The translations under genes were made by a program, and so were the position numbers. The notes under the pieces were generated by a model. That model was not told the origin of the DNA and did not search any database. It was given only the letters and a program-made list of their open reading frames with translations. Shown here in pieces: positions 60,173-64,000 of a stretch of 64,000 nt of DNA. The stretch comes from Callorhinchus milii (taxonomy: Eukaryota): NCBI RefSeq assembly GCF_018977255.1, contig NW_024704742.1, positions 372,001-436,000 of the forward strand. Direction: 5' to 3'. Position 1 is the stretch's first letter. The number at the start of each line of letters is the position of its first letter.

Positions 60173-60693
60173 GCATGTAAAAATCCTTGTGCTAAATGGG
60201 TAACATTCAGTAATTACCAGCAGGTGGAGGACCTCTGTGGGCCTTACGTTTGCTTGTTACTTCTGGGCCGGGCAGAATGCAATGTTTTCTTTTTAGCTGC
60301 CACACATTTTACCCCGAAGAATAAACAGCAAAGCTGTATTCTGTTTATACTCAACAGTTTCGAAGATTTAGTTATTGAATGAGAAAGTAATTTATGAGTT
60401 ATTTGGGTTGAAAAAGCCCAAATGGGAAAACTGCAAGATATCTTAGGTCAGAGTAAATGGGATTCCCTGCCCAAGACGCATTTTATCTCCCAAGTTGCTT
60501 TTTCCTACGTTTGTGTCATTTACTCTACAGCTTTTTAAGCCGCCCCATTTTATCGGGTGTGCATAGCATTTTCAGTTTATGGAAAGATTTGGGATTCAAT
60601 TGAAGAAGAAACATGAGTTGTAGCTGCATTTGCAGATTTTTGCTGATTTATAGATACAACATGTAATGACTGTTTGCTTTTCTGCATTGTCAG

Positions 60694-60831
60694 CTGTATG
60701 TGACATAGGATCGGCCTCTTTCAAGTACGACATGCGGCGCCTTAGTGAAATTCTAGCCTTCCCGAGGGCCTGGTATAGGAGAAGTATTGCTAGACGTCTC
60801 TTCCTAGGCGATCAGACAATCAATTTACCAG
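60694..60831 (+). CDS. BLTP1: BLTP1 exon w51 (138 nt)
   Basis: tcag|AVCDIGSASFKYDMRRLSEILAFPRAWYRR...TINLP|gtgagt. Confidence 0.95.
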
Positions 60832-61743
60832 GTGAGTTTATCAAAAAGCAGTAAAAGTACAGTTAAAATGACTGTAAATTACAAAAAGCAGCTTAGCAGC
60901 AACCTTCCCAATCGGATGATGTTCTGTGTATTTCTATTCTCTATTTATTAAGATATTGTGTTCACACCAATTCATTTTTGTTCTGTGCATCTGTTTGATA
61001 TTCCCCTCTCACAATAACACAGTCGAAAAATATTTTCCTCTCCCAAGTACTCGTTGGTGTCACTTCTTTATCAACTGACTTGGGGAAGGGAAGTAGGAGA
61101 AGAAACATCAGTAATGTAAGGTAAAGCTCTCCCCGATTCGCGTGAAGAGAAGACCTCTTTGACCGTGCTTTGTGCCTTTTCCCTATTCAGCCAGCGGCAC
61201 AAAGCAGTTTGTAGTCAGCCTCGCAATGTAAAAGGCACTATATAAATGTGCACATAATTGTATAGGTTCACAGTTGAGTCACACGTTAGTGTTGTAGATA
61301 ACGTTTCAGTGTTGCTTAAAATGATATATTTTACAATCCATAAAACTATTCAACATTTCCGAGCTGAACCAAAGGAGCTAGTGGCTGAAAACACCTGGTG
61401 TGGTCCAAGCCCTTTTCATCATCTTGCTAAATTGGGTTAAAAATGAAAGTTCTTAATTGTTTCTCCTTCATTTAACCTTCACATACAACACTGTGATCTC
61501 AGCTTGTGATACTGTTGCTTTCAAAGCTTTGCCCCATGTATAAGTTAGATTGACGGTTGAAACCTCACTCTGGACTCCATCCTTAGTTCCTTTACTCTTG
61601 TTATCTCCCACATCTGGTGAGAGAACAAAGGGCAAAAATGAAGGCCAAACCTGTGATAGGTAATTCACATTTCCTCTTATGACAGGGCTGTTTGCTAATC
61701 TGTTTGAATGCTACTTTAATCAAAGTTGTTTTTGTCTAAACAG

Positions 61744-61998
61744 CTTCTGGGCCTGTAACTCCAGATTCCATTGAAGGTGTAAATCAGCATCTTTCTCCTG
61801 AGTCAACTCGTAAAGCTTACTGGAGAACCTGGGACCAGTCAGCACAGGCGTCAAATTATCAGCATATGGCTCAGACAAATGTCTTCAACGATCACACAAC
61901 ATCTAGTAATACCTCACCAGCTGGTCTTGCTCACAGTATGAAATCTCCTTCAGCAACCAGGTCAAGGAGTATCTCTGACTCATCTGTTACGAGGAGAG
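61744..61998 (+). CDS. BLTP1: BLTP1 exon w52 (255 nt)
   Basis: acag|ASGPVTPDSIEGVNQHLSPES...SDSSVTRR|gtactt. Confidence 0.93.
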
Positions 61999-62019
61999 GT
62001 ACTTGCATTTTTATTATAA

Positions 62020-62295
62020 ATAATAATAACAATAATCCTTGCATTTGATATAGTGCTTTTCACGTCTTCTCAACGTCTCAAAGCGCTTCACAGAATAGAC
62101 TGTAAAGTGAATTGACTGTATATTTGTGGGGAAACGCGACAGCCAATTGGGCACAGCAGTGTCCCCACAAACAGTCGTGGATTGTAAATGACCAATTTAT
62201 TATTGTTTTGTTTTGGAGGGATTATTATTAGGTGTGTGGAGTGAGGAAACTTGCCCAAGGTCTCGCCCTGACCTGCCTGGAATTGAACCCAGGCT
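62020..62295 (-). mobile_element. tRNA-Ala SINE, head truncated
   Basis: Tail to B box (ggaattgaacccagg). Confidence 0.88.
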
Positions 62296-62459
62296 CTATC
62301 AAATCTAAGCATTGTTAATTATTGTGGCTTTGCAATATATTAAATGCATTATTGGTTACTTTATTTATTGCAAGCCGACAGTTTATCTGGGCTGGTTAGA
62401 AGGAGTTTGCTGTGATTTGTAACTTGTATTCAGTGCTCTCTTTCTCAGTATATAAATTT

Positions 62460-62620
62460 ATAATAATAATCCCTGCATTTTGATAATAGCTCGATGACTC
62501 GAAACCCTTCGCAGAATATACATGAAAGTGAATTGACTGTATATTTTGTGAGCAAAATGTGGCAGCCAATTGCGCACAGTAGTGTCCGACAAACAAATGG
62601 AATTGAGTGACCGAATGCTT
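62460..62620 (-). mobile_element. SINE 3' half, diverged
   Basis: ataataatccctgcatttt...aaagtgaattgactgtatattttgtg. Confidence 0.75.
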
Positions 62621-62656
62621 TTTATTATTATTGAATACATTTTCTCCTGTTGGCAG

Positions 62657-62810
62657 ATTCCATTACCAAAACCTCTACCCCTACATTCACGAAGACTGGG
62701 AAGGTGGCAAGCCATCACGGTGCACCCTGGGAGACTCTGGTTGTTTTTGCAATCAACCTGAAACAATTAAATGTGCAAATGAATATGAGTAATGTTATGG
62801 GAAACACCAC
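62657..62810 (+). CDS. BLTP1: BLTP1 exon w53 (154 nt)
   Basis: gcag|DSITKTSTP...[28 protein letters not shown]|gtaagt. Confidence 0.94.
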
Positions 62811-63276
62811 GTAAGTTGCAGTTCTTAAGAAAGTCCCGGGTGATGCAGATTGCTGCAGTTGAATGCCATTTTTGTTGGCAATGGTTTCCTTTTTTTCCTG
62901 AAAAAGATTATGGCAATGCATTTTGCTTCCTAAAACAACAAAATCTTGGATTTATATAGCGCTCTACATGGGGGGTGGCCACTTGGACGCTTAATTAATG
63001 AAACTGGTTCAATATTTGATAATGTGGAAGGGAACGAAATTTATAAACGTTCGTTGAATCCTGAGAATAGTTTGGGATATTTAACTCTTTACTGATTGAC
63101 AATGCAGTGTTTTCACAATTGGTGAAGAAATTCTAGCTTTCTCCCAATGTCAGCCTGGCTCAGTTTGGTGAAATTAGCCCGACACAAGCGTAGAGTGGAT
63201 GAGCTGAGTATCATTACAAATCTCTTCATTACAGCACTATTTATTCACATTTAAACTGCTGTTCGTTTTGAATTAG

Positions 63277-63434
63277 ATGGACAACGAGTGGGTTGAAAAG
63301 CCAAGGTCGATTGTCAGTGGGGAGCAACAGAGACCGAGAAATCTCAATGTCTGTTGGTTTGGGAAGGTCACAACTAGATTCCAAAGGTGGTGTGGTTGGT
63401 GGCACCATAGATGTGAACACATTGGAGATGGTTG
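63277..63434 (+). CDS. BLTP1: BLTP1 exon w54 (158 nt)
   Basis: ttag|WTTSGLKSQGRLSVGSNRDREIS...LEMV|gtaagt. Confidence 0.94.
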
Positions 63435-63955
63435 GTAAGTTTGGTTCCTCAAATCACGTATGCCAACAAAATATATAGTCACTACACATTACAGCATATC
63501 CTGTGAAGCGCTCTGATACATCCTCCCCACGTGCAACGGTGAGATCGCTGTACACAATCTTCAACTAATTACTGGGAATAAACCTCTGTGTGTTCTGTTG
63601 CATTAATTTTCCAATTTACCCAATTTTATATTATACACGAAAAGTGTGGGATAAGCACCAAAATAAATCTTTACAAAAGGGTGTGGCATGTGTTGTGTTG
63701 GAGCGGCATTTCTGCAAGTCAGTGTGACGTATCTGCAGGATGTGACATTTAAAAATCCTTTATTATCCTGGCGCTTATTATTGTGCCTTTCCCATCGGGA
63801 GAATTCCACAATGCCCTTCATAGGATGTACTGTAAAGTGTAGTCATTCCATATTGCAGGAGAACACTTTCTTGAATACGTTTTTGGCATTTTCCATGTGA
63901 AAGTTTTTGCTATTAATCGTTCCTCACGTCCAATCATAACTCTTACTCTTTGCAG

Positions 63956-64000
63956 TACACATCTCGGAACACCCCAATCACCAACCCAGTCACAAAATCC
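63956..64000 (+). CDS. BLTP1: BLTP1 exon w55 (truncated by window end)
   Basis: gcag|VHISEHPNHQPSHKI... Confidence 0.92.

Larger units (their letters stand above)
1729..64000 (+). other. BLTP1: BLTP1/KIAA1109 gene body (partial; 55 chained coding exons plus 2 extra cassette exons; both ends outside window)
   Basis: Exon translations match remembered vertebrate KIAA1109 motifs in colinear order ([75 protein letters not shown]). All junctions are GT-AG with compatible phases. Confidence 0.97.

Noticed and set aside
1..64000. CRISPR array, prokaryotic operon, nested antisense gene, intact autonomous transposon, or U12/GC-AG introns
   Set aside because: Repeats are dispersed SINE/LINE pieces without regular spacers. 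Minus-strand ORFs are shadows of exons or repeats, and LINE pieces are short and frameshifted. All chained introns are GT-AG without the GTATCCT U12 donor.

Overview
Eukaryotic (vertebrate) genomic DNA lying entirely inside one large + strand gene, BLTP1 (KIAA1109/tweek/lpd-3 family bridge-like lipid transfer protein). I could chain 55 GT-AG exons from 1729 to the window end into one phase-consistent reading frame of about 10.5 kb (about 3,500 codons). It matches my recollection of the central and C-terminal part of vertebrate KIAA1109, and the start and stop codons lie outside the window. Two more in-frame cassette exons (44670-44870, 47445-47507) and candidate microexons are invisible in the ORF track. 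The introns are short and contain tRNA-Ala-headed SINEs, older Deu-domain (SacSINE1-like) SINEs, and L2 and CR1 LINE 3' fragments. That repeat content suggests a cartilaginous fish, possibly a chimaera (inference). I found no prokaryotic system, CRISPR array or second gene. The best leads are alternative-splicing elements, a 30-bp-stem intronic hairpin, a palindromic MITE-like element and the SINE/LINE tail architecture. All homology statements come from memory, not from a search, and repeat boundaries are approximate.
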